Below are positions 40,361-50,616 of a stretch of 64,000 nt of DNA, in pieces (positions within the stretch are counted from its first letter, which is position 1; every line of letters starts with the position of its first letter). Below the pieces are notes generated by a model. It saw nothing but the letters and a program-made list of their open reading frames with translations, searched no databases and was not told the DNA's origin. The stretch comes from a virus (taxonomy: Duplodnaviria > Heunggongvirae > Uroviricota > Caudoviricetes), in IMG/VR virus record IMGVR_UViG_2541047596_000003, one strand, 5' to 3'. The position numbers were made by a program, and so were the translations under genes.

Positions 40361-42697
40361 GCGGCGAGGTTGCAACATTCCGCCTGGTCTTTGAGATTCC
40401 CTTGTTATCATTTTCATGGCTACACGTTCCATTGTTAATTCAAGTCTGCGGCTGTCTTCGTCGCTGAATCCGTTCGTGGTCTGAATGCTGATACTGACAG
40501 GCATACTAATACCGCCACCGCCGCCAATATCACGGCCCGGAATAACTCTGCCGTTCTCGCCAGGGATCATATATTGATTGCCGTTAGATGTCTGGAATAG
40601 CTCCGGCCTGTTGTGTTCCCCTACGCGGTACATATTACCACCAATGACGCTACCACCATTAAAGCGACCGCCGCCGAAAATTGACGTAGCCAGCGACATG
40701 ATCGCAGTGAGCGCCGCCGAACCAGCCGCCGCCCAGCTACCGCCAGTTGACGCCGCAGTTGCCGCCGCTGCTGGGGCCGCCGCCGCAGCAATGCTTCCCT
40801 GAGCTGCTACCGCGCTTGCTGTTGTACTTGTTTGCGTGGCCTTGCTTTGTGTCTCCATCATGATCTGATCTGCTATCCAGTTTGCAGCTATGTCTGAGAG
40901 TCTGTTACCGATATTGCCGAGTATATTGCTTCCTAAGTTAGCAAAAACATCACTCAATGATTGAGTGCCGTTTAACAGGCCAACAAGTGCATTGCTCATA
41001 CCACCTTTAAGGCCATTAACGCAATCACCGATAAGGCTGTTTGTGTCGCTTTGCGCCTGCCATTGCTCCCACTTCAGATCGCGGATCTGTTGCTCATAGG
41101 CTAACAGTTCCTGTTTCTGTTGCGCTTCCGTCACGCCCAGGTCGATAAGCATTTGCTTACGGACGGCCCATTCATTTTGAACCTGCTGAATAGGGTCTAC
41201 TTCGCCCTTTAGCTGATCCATCGGGCTTACTATTTGCTCCCATTTGTCGCGCAATTCCTCTACCGGAATTTGTGCTAATTCTTCCTTTAGTTCCTTACCT
41301 ATCCCTTTTTGCGCGGCGCGGTACTCAAGGAGAGTGATTTTACCCTGGGCGAATGCAGCATCAATGGCCTTGCCGCTCTCTAACGCTTTGCGCATAGCGG
41401 CGGCGTCTTTGTTGTACTGGTCAGAAACGCTTATACCTTTATCGCCAAGACGATCAGCTTCAGATTTCTTCTCTTTTTTCTGTTTTTTCGGTTTGTCTAC
41501 TGGCTTGTCGAATCCGGTAATCGCTCCGTCATTGGCGGCATTCTGTTCATTTTTCCTTGCTTCTTCTGTAGCCTGGATTGCTGCGGTCAGATCATCCTGT
41601 AGTTGCATGACCTTGCCAACGGTCTTACCGTATTTCTTCTCGTAGTTGCTGTTATATTCGTCGGTTTGCTCTCCTACGACCTCCTTCATCCATTTGTAGG
41701 CATCCATTAGTGCCTTGATTGGCGTCACCATTGCGATGATCTTCTCGGCTACCTCGCCAGCCTTGATTCTGACATCTTCAAACATGTCGATGAATTCGCC
41801 ACCAGCCGTCTTCAGGGTGTTAAAGCAGGTTTTAGCGAAATCAGCGCCTTCACCTAAAGCCTTAACACCTTTCGTTACAAGATCGATACCAGCAACAACC
41901 GTATCGGATACACCGAAAAGATCATCCAATTGCTCAATAAGTCCCATAACCTCGACTTTAAGCTCATTCAGGGCCATGCCGGATGTGCGCGGCAACTGCG
42001 CAAACTTCTCGTTTGTTTCCTGCGTAGCCGCCTGGATTGCGTTAACCATCCTTTCTGCCGTGATCTTACCGTCCAGCATTTCGGCGCGGAATTGGCCCAT
42101 TGATAACCCCATCTGGCGTGCCATTGTCTGTACGATGGTCGGGGTGTTTTCTAACAGGCTGTTGAATTCTTCAGCACGCAACACGCCACCGTCGATAGAC
42201 TGACGGAATTGACGCATTGAGTTTGACATCTGCTCCGCTGACGCGCCGCCCAACGCCCCCATTTTCTGAATCGTACCTACCAGGTTAAGCAATTGCCCTT
42301 CAGTGGCGGACGTGTTCTTCAGTGAGATAGCTAAGCCTTGCCACAGATCCCCGGTATCCTTCATGCTTTGGCCTGTTTCTTTTGATATTGCTTTCAGGCC
42401 ATCAAAAACCCGTCCGGCGGACTCCGCATCGCCCGTAAGCATTTTGATTTTTACGCGAAGCATTTTTGCTTGCTCCGCCATATCCATAAATTGACGCACG
42501 GCCTCCGCAGCAATTAGCAAATGGATAACCCTGGTCAGTGCCTTGATGGATGTTTTCAGGGTGTTTACCTGGCGGTCAGCCTGTTTTGCGCCGCGCTCTA
42601 TACGCCCAAAGGCCTGGTCTGCCTGTCGTTGTGCAACGAGAAGTTGACCAGTTTTCGCATCAACTTCGTAATAAATTGTACCTACACTGGTAGCCAT
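40355..42697 (-). CDS. tail length tape measure protein
   Basis: 780 aa, long helical protein with Ala/Gly-rich C-terminus, upstream of M. Confidence 0.85.
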   Translation of the reverse strand: MATSVGTIYYEVDAKTGQLLVAQRQADQAFGRIERGAKQADRQVNTLKTSIKALTRVIHLLIAAEAVRQFMDMAEQAKMLRVKIKMLTGDAESAGRVFDGLKAISKETGQSMKDTGDLWQGLAISLKNTSATEGQLLNLVGTIQKMGALGGASAEQMSNSMRQFRQSIDGGVLRAEEFNSLLENTPTIVQTMARQMGLSMGQFRAEMLDGKITAERMVNAIQAATQETNEKFAQLPRTSGMALNELKVEVMGLIEQLDDLFGVSDTVVAGIDLVTKGVKALGEGADFAKTCFNTLKTAGGEFIDMFEDVRIKAGEVAEKIIAMVTPIKALMDAYKWMKEVVGEQTDEYNSNYEKKYGKTVGKVMQLQDDLTAAIQATEEARKNEQNAANDGAITGFDKPVDKPKKQKKEKKSEADRLGDKGISVSDQYNKDAAAMRKALESGKAIDAAFAQGKITLLEYRAAQKGIGKELKEELAQIPVEELRDKWEQIVSPMDQLKGEVDPIQQVQNEWAVRKQMLIDLGVTEAQQKQELLAYEQQIRDLKWEQWQAQSDTNSLIGDCVNGLKGGMSNALVGLLNGTQSLSDVFANLGSNILGNIGNRLSDIAANWIADQIMMETQSKATQTSTTASAVAAQGSIAAAAAPAAAATAASTGGSWAAAGSAALTAIMSLATSIFGGGRFNGGSVIGGNMYRVGEHNRPELFQTSNGNQYMIPGENGRVIPGRDIGGGGGISMPVSISIQTTNGFSDEDSRRLELTMERVAMKMITRESQRPGGMLQPRRK

Positions 42698-42717
42698 GAT
42701 TTAACCTCATGCAAAAA

Positions 42718-42733
42718 TGTGATCTGTGTATCT
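42718..42733. promoter_or_regulatory. CRP-like half-site element TGTGATCTGTG
   Basis: Same 11-mer as at 30730; centred ~60 bp upstream of the predicted start of the cassette 3 promoter. Confidence 0.3.
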
Positions 42734-42750
42734 ATTTTATACAAAATGGC

Positions 42751-42779
42751 TTTACTTCAACGACTCCATTTTGTATAAA
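42751..42779 (+). promoter_or_regulatory. candidate sigma70 promoter of moron cassette 3
   Basis: TTTACT-17 bp-TATAAA; CAAAATGG at 42742-42749 and inverted copy at 42766-42773. Confidence 0.4.
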
Positions 42780-42824
42780 GAAGCCAAAGGGAATGGTCAG
42801 TAAATCAAGTTAGCGTGGTGGGTT

Positions 42825-43484
42825 ATGAAACGGTTAGCAAAAGTGGCAATGATTGCGGCGGTATTGGGTCTGGTTGGTTGCAATGAGGATAATGAAAAAG
42901 CGCCTATAGTGACCACTCAAGAACAACAAGCATTAGCAGAGAAAAATGCTAAATGGCTTGCAGAACAACAAGCAAAACAAGCCGCATATGAGGCACAGTT
43001 AGCAAAAGAAAAAGCTGGTAAACAGTGGCTTGTGGTCGAAAGAAAAGATGATATGCAGGACACAAAAAACGTGTTCCTTTTCGTGAAAGCAGAACATTTC
43101 AGCGGAAGTCTTGATGCTTTCCCTACACTGAAAGCACGGGATGAAAACAAACCTGTATTAACAATCGCTTGCCAGGGTAATAAAACAAAAATGTTCGTAG
43201 CATGGTCAAACCATGTAACTGACGCTGGGGACACTACTTATATTAACTACCGGATCGGCGATCACAAAGCTGTAGCTACTGAATGGAGTCGGTCAACTAA
43301 CTATAAAGCTCTTGGATTATGGAACGGCAAAAAAGCCATTCCAATGATTAAAAAACTGGTTAACGAAAAACAATTTATCATTGAAGTAGTGCCGGAAGCT
43401 GGCGACATTGAGAAAGCAGTGTTTAACATTGATGGTCTTTATAACCACATCGACAAAGTGAAAAACGCTTGCAACTGGAATTAA
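42825..43484 (+). CDS. lipoprotein (moron cassette 3)
   Basis: 219 aa; signal peptide MKRLAKVAMIAAVLGLVGC with lipobox; coiled-coil-like N-terminal region. Confidence 0.6.
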   Translation: MKRLAKVAMIAAVLGLVGCNEDNEKAPIVTTQEQQALAEKNAKWLAEQQAKQAAYEAQLAKEKAGKQWLVVERKDDMQDTKNVFLFVKAEHFSGSLDAFPTLKARDENKPVLTIACQGNKTKMFVAWSNHVTDAGDTTYINYRIGDHKAVATEWSRSTNYKALGLWNGKKAIPMIKKLVNEKQFIIEVVPEAGDIEKAVFNIDGLYNHIDKVKNACNWN

Positions 43485-43493
43485 GGGTGAAAC

Positions 43494-43814
43494 ATGAAAC
43501 GCGATGAATGGATGAGAAAATGGGAACATAAACAAGTAGCATATAATCGCAAGATGAACCGCGAATTTGACTTCGGTGTCGCAGAGCGTGATTGTGGGTA
43601 TAAAGGAAATCTAAATGGTGCATATGTTCAACATGTTGGCGATAAACAGTATTATTACATTGTCAACTTCAACCATGTATTGCACGCAGATCTGGTTGTT
43701 ATTGATGGGAAAACAAAAATAGTAGCGAATAAACGCATTAATAAGAACGCAGCAATCAATATATTAACAGTGATTCGCACCCAGATGAATGTGCTTTACG
43801 AAAAAATAGCATAA
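43494..43814 (+). CDS. hypothetical protein (moron cassette 3)
   Basis: 106 aa with SD AAGGGTGA, 10 bp after the lipoprotein gene. Confidence 0.5.
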   Translation: MKRDEWMRKWEHKQVAYNRKMNREFDFGVAERDCGYKGNLNGAYVQHVGDKQYYYIVNFNHVLHADLVVIDGKTKIVANKRINKNAAINILTVIRTQMNVLYEKIA

Positions 43815-43831
43815 GCGAACTTAACAAAAAC

Positions 43832-43855
43832 GCCCGGATCTACCGGGCTTTTTCT
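43832..43855. terminator. rho-independent terminator of moron cassette 3
   Basis: GCCCGG-ATCTAC-CCGGGC followed by TTTTT. Confidence 0.6.
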
Positions 43856-44526
43856 TGCTCGCGATTTTTCATTCTTTTTAGTATCTCCATAGCACCATTC
43901 ATTCCATCGTCATAAGCCTTTTTATCCAGCAATACATTTGGGCGTTTTTGTTTGTTTCTTGCTTCTGGCGGCGTTTTAGCGCGTACAACGGCCCTATATC
44001 CGGTCATTGTCATATTCCATGCTTCTGATTCTGATAACCCCAGGTGAGCTACGGCAGAATAAACGAATTCCAGCACGTTAAAAGTCGGCTTATATTCCCC
44101 TTCCCGGATCTCTCCGGCGTCTTCTTCTGGCCCGTCACCGATTAAACCGTGGTACATGCAATGTTGTGCCAGCGTGATAACGTCACTGGTCGGCATCAGT
44201 CCGGGTTTTAGTCGTAACTTGCCGGAAGAAGTTAACCTACATTCACCCAATAACGGGGCTATTTCGTCGTCTGAGCAACATTTCAGGATGCGCATTGACG
44301 TTTGTACTATCTCACCATAACACCGCGCCATAATGCGATTGCGGAGGCCTGGATCTGTAGGCAATCGTGATGGGTATTTGCTGCCGTGGATAAGTGCGAA
44401 ATATTCGACAAGCTCACTATCGTTGCCGATTTTAGCCATCGCAGCAAAGCAAGGATTAAACTCATAGCGCTTACCGTTCACCACAGCCGCAAATTGTCCT
44501 GTACGAACATGGATCATAGTATTCAC
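43840..44526 (-). CDS. putative tail assembly chaperone (G/GT-position protein)
   Basis: 228 aa between the major tail and tape measure genes; positional call. Confidence 0.4.
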   Translation of the reverse strand: MNTMIHVRTGQFAAVVNGKRYEFNPCFAAMAKIGNDSELVEYFALIHGSKYPSRLPTDPGLRNRIMARCYGEIVQTSMRILKCCSDDEIAPLLGECRLTSSGKLRLKPGLMPTSDVITLAQHCMYHGLIGDGPEEDAGEIREGEYKPTFNVLEFVYSAVAHLGLSESEAWNMTMTGYRAVVRAKTPPEARNKQKRPNVLLDKKAYDDGMNGAMEILKRMKNREQEKAR

Positions 44527-44572
44527 CTTAAAAGAAAAGGGGCCAAATGGCCCCGATTGTTAATATTGGCTG

Positions 44573-45049
44573 TTATGCTGGCGGAACGTCGCCTACCGTT
44601 ACCTTGCCAGCGCTTTCGCACTCAATGGACCAGGTGGAAACATCATCGTGTGGATCTTCTTCTTTAAAGGAAGTGCAAAGGAATGGGCCTTCAGTTACGT
44701 CTACAGGAGAAACGATCTTCAGCCATACATAAGGTTGTGATCCGGTGGTTTCACCTGGCGTAATTACGTGGCGTTTCAGCGCTTTCTGATTATGGATTTC
44801 TTCAGTGCGGGACACACCGTCGCCGGAGAAAGAAACGGATTTGTAAGTAACCATTGATTCTTTCGTGTAATCGGCTGATTTATCGGCGGTGGCGTCAGCG
44901 GTTTCCCATTCAACGGAAAGTGTTTTACCACGCATCATGCCTAACGCTTTGTACGCTCCAGTTTCCGGCTTCGCATTTGGACAAGCGATAGCGAAGAATA
45001 CAGCAACGTCACGGCCTGTAAACGTGCCTTTTTCGCAAGTCTGAGACAT
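44573..45049 (-). CDS. major tail (tube) protein
   Basis: 158 aa immediately upstream of the chaperone position; positional call. Confidence 0.5.
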   Translation of the reverse strand: MSQTCEKGTFTGRDVAVFFAIACPNAKPETGAYKALGMMRGKTLSVEWETADATADKSADYTKESMVTYKSVSFSGDGVSRTEEIHNQKALKRHVITPGETTGSQPYVWLKIVSPVDVTEGPFLCTSFKEEDPHDDVSTWSIECESAGKVTVGDVPPA

Positions 45050-45062
45050 GTTAATTTACCTC

Positions 45063-45449
45063 TTATCTTGATATGATGGTTTGAAAAGCTACGGTAAAAA
45101 TAAAGCGCCCTTCTCTTGTCTGCATTGCAGGGATAGCGCCAACTGGCTTCATGTGTGTAATTTTATCAGTTTTATATTCTGTTAACATACTTTGACGGAT
45201 GGCATCGGCAAGGTCTTCCACTTCACTGATATTTGTATCATTACGCGCTGAAATAACCAGAATGCGGAAATAATCACGGGTTATTGCTTCTTCACCAGCC
45301 GCGCCGCCGTTTTGCTGGATTACGATGTATCTGTCATTATTCGAATTGCTCCGCTCATTCCAGAAACGGGCCTGCAAAATATAGCCCTCATCGTATCCGT
45401 GGGATTGAATCCAATCCCTTATTTCGTCGTATACTTCGCTGCGCTTCAT
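45063..45449 (-). CDS. tail terminator / minor tail protein (U-position)
   Basis: 128 aa; positional call. Confidence 0.4.
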   Translation of the reverse strand: MKRSEVYDEIRDWIQSHGYDEGYILQARFWNERSNSNNDRYIVIQQNGGAAGEEAITRDYFRILVISARNDTNISEVEDLADAIRQSMLTEYKTDKITHMKPVGAIPAMQTREGRFIFTVAFQTIISR

Positions 45450-45910
45450 GTTTTGTAACCTTCTACAATCTCTTTATAAATATCGTCGGCGTTGTTTGGA
45501 TCTTCGAATGCCTTGCGCAAGAATTCCGGCTCCGCGTTTGGGTCCCAATATTTACCTTTGCCAGTACCGCCGCCGAACTCAATTACCTGTTTCGGCCCGA
45601 AATCTGAAAGGTTATTTGTTTTCCCGAAATGTTCACGCGGCTGGCCTTTTAATGTGCCTGGCATATTGTGCACCCATTCAGCGTAACGGGCTGTATATCC
45701 CAGCCGTAACTGCATACCCTCCGCCGTGTTACCTATATATTGAAATTGGCTGTTAATTAAAAAACCCGTATCAACTGGTGTCATGTTTGCCGCAAAGCCA
45801 CCAGCCAGCATACCGACGCGCCATAAAACTTCGTGCGTCTTTTTATCGGTGATTTCCTTTAGCTCCTGCTTTAATCTCTCACGGACGCGTTTAACTCCCC
45901 TGATAGGCAT
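45446..45910 (-). CDS. tail completion protein (HK97 gp10-like position)
   Basis: 154 aa; positional call. Confidence 0.45.
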   Translation of the reverse strand: MPIRGVKRVRERLKQELKEITDKKTHEVLWRVGMLAGGFAANMTPVDTGFLINSQFQYIGNTAEGMQLRLGYTARYAEWVHNMPGTLKGQPREHFGKTNNLSDFGPKQVIEFGGGTGKGKYWDPNAEPEFLRKAFEDPNNADDIYKEIVEGYKT

Positions 45911-45912
45911 GA

Positions 45913-46302
45913 TTAACCCCCTGTCACGATCTTATAATCCGGCGTGTCGTTAAACATGCTCATATCCCATTCAACGATCCCGGTTATAACGTTGGCCCCA
46001 GCCGCAAGCGGGTCGGCAATAGCAGTAGTGTCACCAGTGGCAAGCATCCATCCTTTTTCCGGGCGCTGTACTGGCTGCATCTTGTGAAGCAGTTCGGTAT
46101 ATACGGTTATTGTGTTGCTCACCTCGTTGCCGTTTGCGTCTGTTGCAGTTCCGTCAGTACGCTCCCATGCACAATCTACCAGGTATGGCGTACCGTATAC
46201 ATCGGAGTTTGTCCAGTCGTCACGCGTTACGGGGTAAATGGTGGCTAACGCCTTGTAAGTAAATCTCGATAGCTTACTCATAGCCGTAACTCCATTTAAC
46301 AA
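45913..46302 (-). CDS. head-tail adaptor / head closure protein
   Basis: 129 aa; positional call. Confidence 0.4.
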   Translation of the reverse strand: MLNGVTAMSKLSRFTYKALATIYPVTRDDWTNSDVYGTPYLVDCAWERTDGTATDANGNEVSNTITVYTELLHKMQPVQRPEKGWMLATGDTTAIADPLAAGANVITGIVEWDMSMFNDTPDYKIVTGG

Positions 46303-46465
46303 TTTTCGGATGAGTTTTCGCCACGCGCGGGCAAAGAATTACCCATAAGCCAGCATCATTGAGGTAGGCCGCCACCTGGCGTCCGCTATCCGTTTTAACC
46401 CACACGCGGGTAAATGGTTTCGGCAATACTGGATTTGGTAATGTCAGGTCGTTCCACATTGTCAC
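46274..46465 (-). CDS. hypothetical small structural-module protein
   Basis: 63 aa ORF coupled between connector genes. Confidence 0.3.
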   Translation of the reverse strand: MTMWNDLTLPNPVLPKPFTRVWVKTDSGRQVAAYLNDAGLWVILCPRVAKTHPKIVKWSYGYE

Positions 46466-46884
46466 ATCCTCCTGCTCTTACCAATCCACAGCCCGGCGTG
46501 CGCGGTGTTTTCTGGATCTGCTGGAATCAGTTCGGCTGTACAGTGATGTTTATCAATGGAGTAAAGCAACGAATAGGCCGCCTTCCATCGTTTGTTGAAA
46601 TCGACATAGCGGTATGACTGACTCGCACCGTTCGGCCCAGTCTGCGAGGAAACGTATTTATCAGCCTGGCTTAGTCCTAACAGGCCAATCAGATAAAGCT
46701 GAATCAATGTTGCAGTGGAGGCCGGATAGTTGGCATCAAGGCATTCATTAACGCTATTTGCCTGCTCCACCAGCAAAGATAAGATAATGTCTGGCAGGTC
46801 AATACCCTGGCTTTCAAGATATTCCCGCGCCTGTTCTGTAGTGACCATTTTGTTTGCTCCACATACAAAAAAAATCCCCGGCAT
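46462..46884 (-). CDS. head-tail connector protein (gp6-like position)
   Basis: 140 aa directly downstream of the capsid gene. Confidence 0.45.
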   Translation of the reverse strand: MPGIFFVCGANKMVTTEQAREYLESQGIDLPDIILSLLVEQANSVNECLDANYPASTATLIQLYLIGLLGLSQADKYVSSQTGPNGASQSYRYVDFNKRWKAAYSLLYSIDKHHCTAELIPADPENTAHAGLWIGKSRRM

Positions 46885-46913
46885 CGCGCCGGGGAGTTAC
46901 AGGAAATACGAAA

Positions 46914-47966
46914 TTATTTGTGACCGTAAACAACACCGGAACGGCCCAGCATGTCGCAGGTGATTTGTAAGCCTTCGGCAGACATGATTTTGAAGTTGTA
47001 GTTATCGGTAGGCATGGTGCGCGGCAGAGGCACTACGCCAGTAGTCATACCAACCAGCGGGGTAATGACGTTGCGGCGGCGTTGATAGGCAATGAACTCG
47101 TTGCCTTTCAGTGCATAGGTCTGACGGATTTCTTTAACCGGAATGAACGGTTTAACGATATTCAGAACACTGCCTACGACAGTCCCGTTTGCAATGTGCG
47201 GCGCTGCCAGGTTAGCCATAATTTCAGGTGACACCCACATGAGATCATACTGGTCAACGCGGTTGTTGCGGGCCATAACACCGAATGCACCAGTGGTGAA
47301 GAATTTGATGAGAGCATCGAATCCGTCAGTGGTGAGATCTTCGGAGGTCATGACTAGTTTCTGGGTATTGCGGTGATTTTTAATACCCTGGCCAGGTTTA
47401 CCGTTGACGTTGATTTTTGCGTTACCGTTAAGGTAATAATCAACGCGGGCCTTGTTGAATTTTTGCAGTTTCAGGCGCTGGCTATCCAGTGCAAGGTCAA
47501 TACCAACAGTTTTCAGACCTTCGGAATGACGCCAGCTGACACCGTAACCCGCTGCGAACATCGGGATCGGGTCGCCATCGCTGCCATATTCAGTGTGATC
47601 GAAGCCATGCGGGGCTTGACCATCGATACTAACGACAACTTCATCGTTAATATCACCGGATACGCTGTACATTTTCTCGGTTTTACCGATTGGCAATACG
47701 GTTTGCACAGCCATCAAATCGTTTACGATTTCAATACCAGTCTCTTCGGTGCTCATTTCGATAATCTGGTTATCGACAGCTTTCCAGAACTCCTGATCGA
47801 AGCCGCCAACGGCATTACATGCCAGGATGTCAGCGGTCATGTTTGCCATATTTGCGGCAATAAGAGCGCCGTCCTGATCATTGAACATGTTGCGCTGCGC
47901 CCAAAGGTGATCCCACTGGGCACGAATGCGGCTGTTGGTAGCAAGGTTGTGTTTATTAAACAACAT
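46914..47966 (-). CDS. major capsid protein
   Basis: 350 aa at the capsid position; not lambda E-like in sequence. Confidence 0.7.
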   Translation of the reverse strand: MLFNKHNLATNSRIRAQWDHLWAQRNMFNDQDGALIAANMANMTADILACNAVGGFDQEFWKAVDNQIIEMSTEETGIEIVNDLMAVQTVLPIGKTEKMYSVSGDINDEVVVSIDGQAPHGFDHTEYGSDGDPIPMFAAGYGVSWRHSEGLKTVGIDLALDSQRLKLQKFNKARVDYYLNGNAKINVNGKPGQGIKNHRNTQKLVMTSEDLTTDGFDALIKFFTTGAFGVMARNNRVDQYDLMWVSPEIMANLAAPHIANGTVVGSVLNIVKPFIPVKEIRQTYALKGNEFIAYQRRRNVITPLVGMTTGVVPLPRTMPTDNYNFKIMSAEGLQITCDMLGRSGVVYGHK

Positions 47967-47985
47967 AGTTTTTCACCTCTTATTA

Positions 47986-48387
47986 TTATGCAACGCGGAC
48001 ACGTACAAAATCAGCCGCTTCAAGGGTTACAGTTTCCTGGCAGAAAGCGAAAACAGGTTCATCAGATGTAACCAATTTAAAGCCACCTTCACCAATGGTG
48101 ATGGCAGCGTCTTTGGTGTAAGCACCTTCAGGAAGCAGAATCGCAAATTCACGTCCTTCTTCTGCGTAGTCAGCAACCACGGAATGACCAACCGGGATCG
48201 CATCTTCAATGCCTAAACCTTCATGGTATGCCGGGTTAACAACATAAATACGTCCTGTGGTATCAGTTGCGGCAGCGAATTTACCAGACGCCATTTTTAC
48301 CGGAGTACCCGGCTTAAGTGCTGCGGCAGATACTGCTGTTTCAGTAACGGATTTGCCGTCAATATTTACACGACGAAAACGGGCCAT
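47986..48387 (-). CDS. putative head decoration / structural protein
   Basis: 133 aa between scaffold-like and capsid genes. Confidence 0.4.
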   Translation of the reverse strand: MARFRRVNIDGKSVTETAVSAAALKPGTPVKMASGKFAAATDTTGRIYVVNPAYHEGLGIEDAIPVGHSVVADYAEEGREFAILLPEGAYTKDAAITIGEGGFKLVTSDEPVFAFCQETVTLEAADFVRVRVA

Positions 48388-48397
48388 AATTCACCTC

Positions 48398-49684
48398 TTA
48401 TGCGAAATAGTTGTTAATGTCAGGGGTGGCAGGTTTATTTCCACCAGCGGCTGAGTTTGCTGCCATTGGTGCTGCTTTACCCAGGGATTTAAACATTGCG
48501 TCTAACGCTTCACCACTTAATGCGTTAGCAACAATTTCGCCGTGTACTTTTGCTACTGCGGCGCGTTTTTCTGCTTCTTCTTTATTTGCGTTTGCTGCGA
48601 TCTCTTCTTTAATCGCTTTCTGATTGGTCTGTAATTCTTCAACGCTTGCCTGTACTGGTTTTAATGCCTCTGCTACTGCATTAGCGATATTGGCGGATAA
48701 GCCTTCGTTAATTTCTTTTACCAGTTCGGCGCGTTCTTCTTTGGTCAAAGGCATGGGATCGTCCTCCGATTTATTGGCCTTAATTTTTTCATTCAGGGAG
48801 AAAAGATTAGAAAGGTGTTCAGCGAACTGCGTAAACCAGGATTTACTTTCCTCGTTGGTTGCAAGCTCGCCATTATTGAGAATAATTTTATCAGCCTGTT
48901 TTTCATATGCGCAAACTTGAGCACTTTCTGTATTAGTGGCGATCGTCACTTCTTTATCAGTGAAGTCCACCACATACACGTAATCGGCATCAGGAAATAA
49001 TTCACGCGCCGCGTCGGTTAATTGTTTCTCAAGCGTACGGTAACTGTTTTCTTTCATTGCCACCGCCATTAACGGTTTCGCCTGGTCAGTATTAACCATC
49101 AACCCTACACCCTGTTCAGGTGATGCGGCTGGCGGCTCATGCAGCAAAATAGCGTCATGGTCGATCGACATAATTTTTACTACATGGTCAGCGCCCTGGG
49201 CTTTCATCTCTTCAGTAGCTGGCATACGCTGACGATATACAGCGACGGACGACCAGATAGGATCTTTGCTTTCTCCTTTCTCCAGTGCTTCCAGTCGGGT
49301 TAATAATTCACGCCCCTGTTCTGAATGGCTGGCTGTTTCAATATCCACCCATTTTTCCACATAAACACGATTGCCGCGTAATTCAACGTTTCTGTTCCAC
49401 GCTCCACAAAACCCGGTGTTCAATCCTTCCGGGCTAAATGCGGAAACAAATTTACCGTCAACGGTAGGATGACCCAGCGGGGCGAGTGTCCCCTCCAGTG
49501 ACTGGTAATTAGCGATAATTTCAGCTTCCGGGTAATATTCACGATTCATAACGATATTGAATGGCAGCGTATATGATGGCACAACAATGTGCTCGCGTCC
49601 GTTATAAGTTTCCCGGCGTATGGTATTAGCGGTTAATTTGGTATTAACCTGAATCAGTTCTTTACTCACGGTTTTTACTCCCAA
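48398..49684 (-). CDS. putative prohead protease / scaffolding protein
   Basis: 428 aa; C-terminal half Ala/Glu/Lys-rich coiled-coil-like. Confidence 0.5.
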   Translation of the reverse strand: MGVKTVSKELIQVNTKLTANTIRRETYNGREHIVVPSYTLPFNIVMNREYYPEAEIIANYQSLEGTLAPLGHPTVDGKFVSAFSPEGLNTGFCGAWNRNVELRGNRVYVEKWVDIETASHSEQGRELLTRLEALEKGESKDPIWSSVAVYRQRMPATEEMKAQGADHVVKIMSIDHDAILLHEPPAASPEQGVGLMVNTDQAKPLMAVAMKENSYRTLEKQLTDAARELFPDADYVYVVDFTDKEVTIATNTESAQVCAYEKQADKIILNNGELATNEESKSWFTQFAEHLSNLFSLNEKIKANKSEDDPMPLTKEERAELVKEINEGLSANIANAVAEALKPVQASVEELQTNQKAIKEEIAANANKEEAEKRAAVAKVHGEIVANALSGEALDAMFKSLGKAAPMAANSAAGGNKPATPDINNYFA

Positions 49685-50616
49685 TCTTCGCCATATTTAG
49701 CGTGCGCAACTTTATAGTTTTCTTGCGCCCGATCTAATATTCGTTCGTTTAATATGTTACCGTCTTCGTCAACTAATACGGTAATCGTGCTACATTTGCA
49801 GTTAATTGAATTAGGGGATCTACTCCACCATTCGCGCTGCTCATCTATGGTGTATGTTTTACCGTGCCGCTGCGCGTGCGATAGCCTGGTAGTCGGTGAT
49901 AATGCCGAAATGTGCATTTGCATAGTGCGCAGATTAAATTCTTCTGTCGCCGCTTCTGCCTCATCCATACGCGCTGTGCGTAACGCTGTGCATATTTCAG
50001 TTCGAGCAATACGTTTACACCTGTATAGCGGTAATTGCGTCTCCTGATTCAATGTGCGCGCTATTTCCAGTGGGTTTAAACCACGGGCCATGCCTTCAGT
50101 TAATCGCCGGGCCATATCCTTTTTGATCTGTGCGGTCAGCCCGCGCATTTCCTCAAATACACGGGTACGGACCAGAGCAAGGCGTGTTCGGTAAGTTGTA
50201 CTGGATAACACGGCAGATACATCAGGGTAGGCGCTTGAGTACGTGACAGACTGGTTAGCAAGGTTGGCATGTTCCTGTGCCGTGCCGCGCTGATAGGCCA
50301 CCTTCACGTAATTCTGCCAGAACCAGAAGTTTTCCGGGTCTGTTAGCTCGAATATCTCATCAATCATGTCGCTGGCATCCTCCAGCATGTCGTGAAATTC
50401 ATCCATGTAAATCTGAAAGGTGTATTTCTTATTAACAGCCAGGCTATATTGTATCCTGTCCAATATGGCGATATATGGATCGGCTACTTTTTTCAGGCAG
50501 GATTTGAAACGCTTAATAGCGCCAGACCTCAACCTCCCTGTCATGGTCGGGTCTTCGGTGTTAGATGGCATTATCGCGGCTGGAGGTATTCGCCTGATTA
50601 TTTTCTTCACCTTCAT
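49675..50616 (-). CDS. head morphogenesis protein (minor head protein, Mu F / SPP1 gp7-like)
   Basis: 313 aa downstream of the portal gene. Confidence 0.55.
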   Translation of the reverse strand: MKVKKIIRRIPPAAIMPSNTEDPTMTGRLRSGAIKRFKSCLKKVADPYIAILDRIQYSLAVNKKYTFQIYMDEFHDMLEDASDMIDEIFELTDPENFWFWQNYVKVAYQRGTAQEHANLANQSVTYSSAYPDVSAVLSSTTYRTRLALVRTRVFEEMRGLTAQIKKDMARRLTEGMARGLNPLEIARTLNQETQLPLYRCKRIARTEICTALRTARMDEAEAATEEFNLRTMQMHISALSPTTRLSHAQRHGKTYTIDEQREWWSRSPNSINCKCSTITVLVDEDGNILNERILDRAQENYKVAHAKYGEDWE

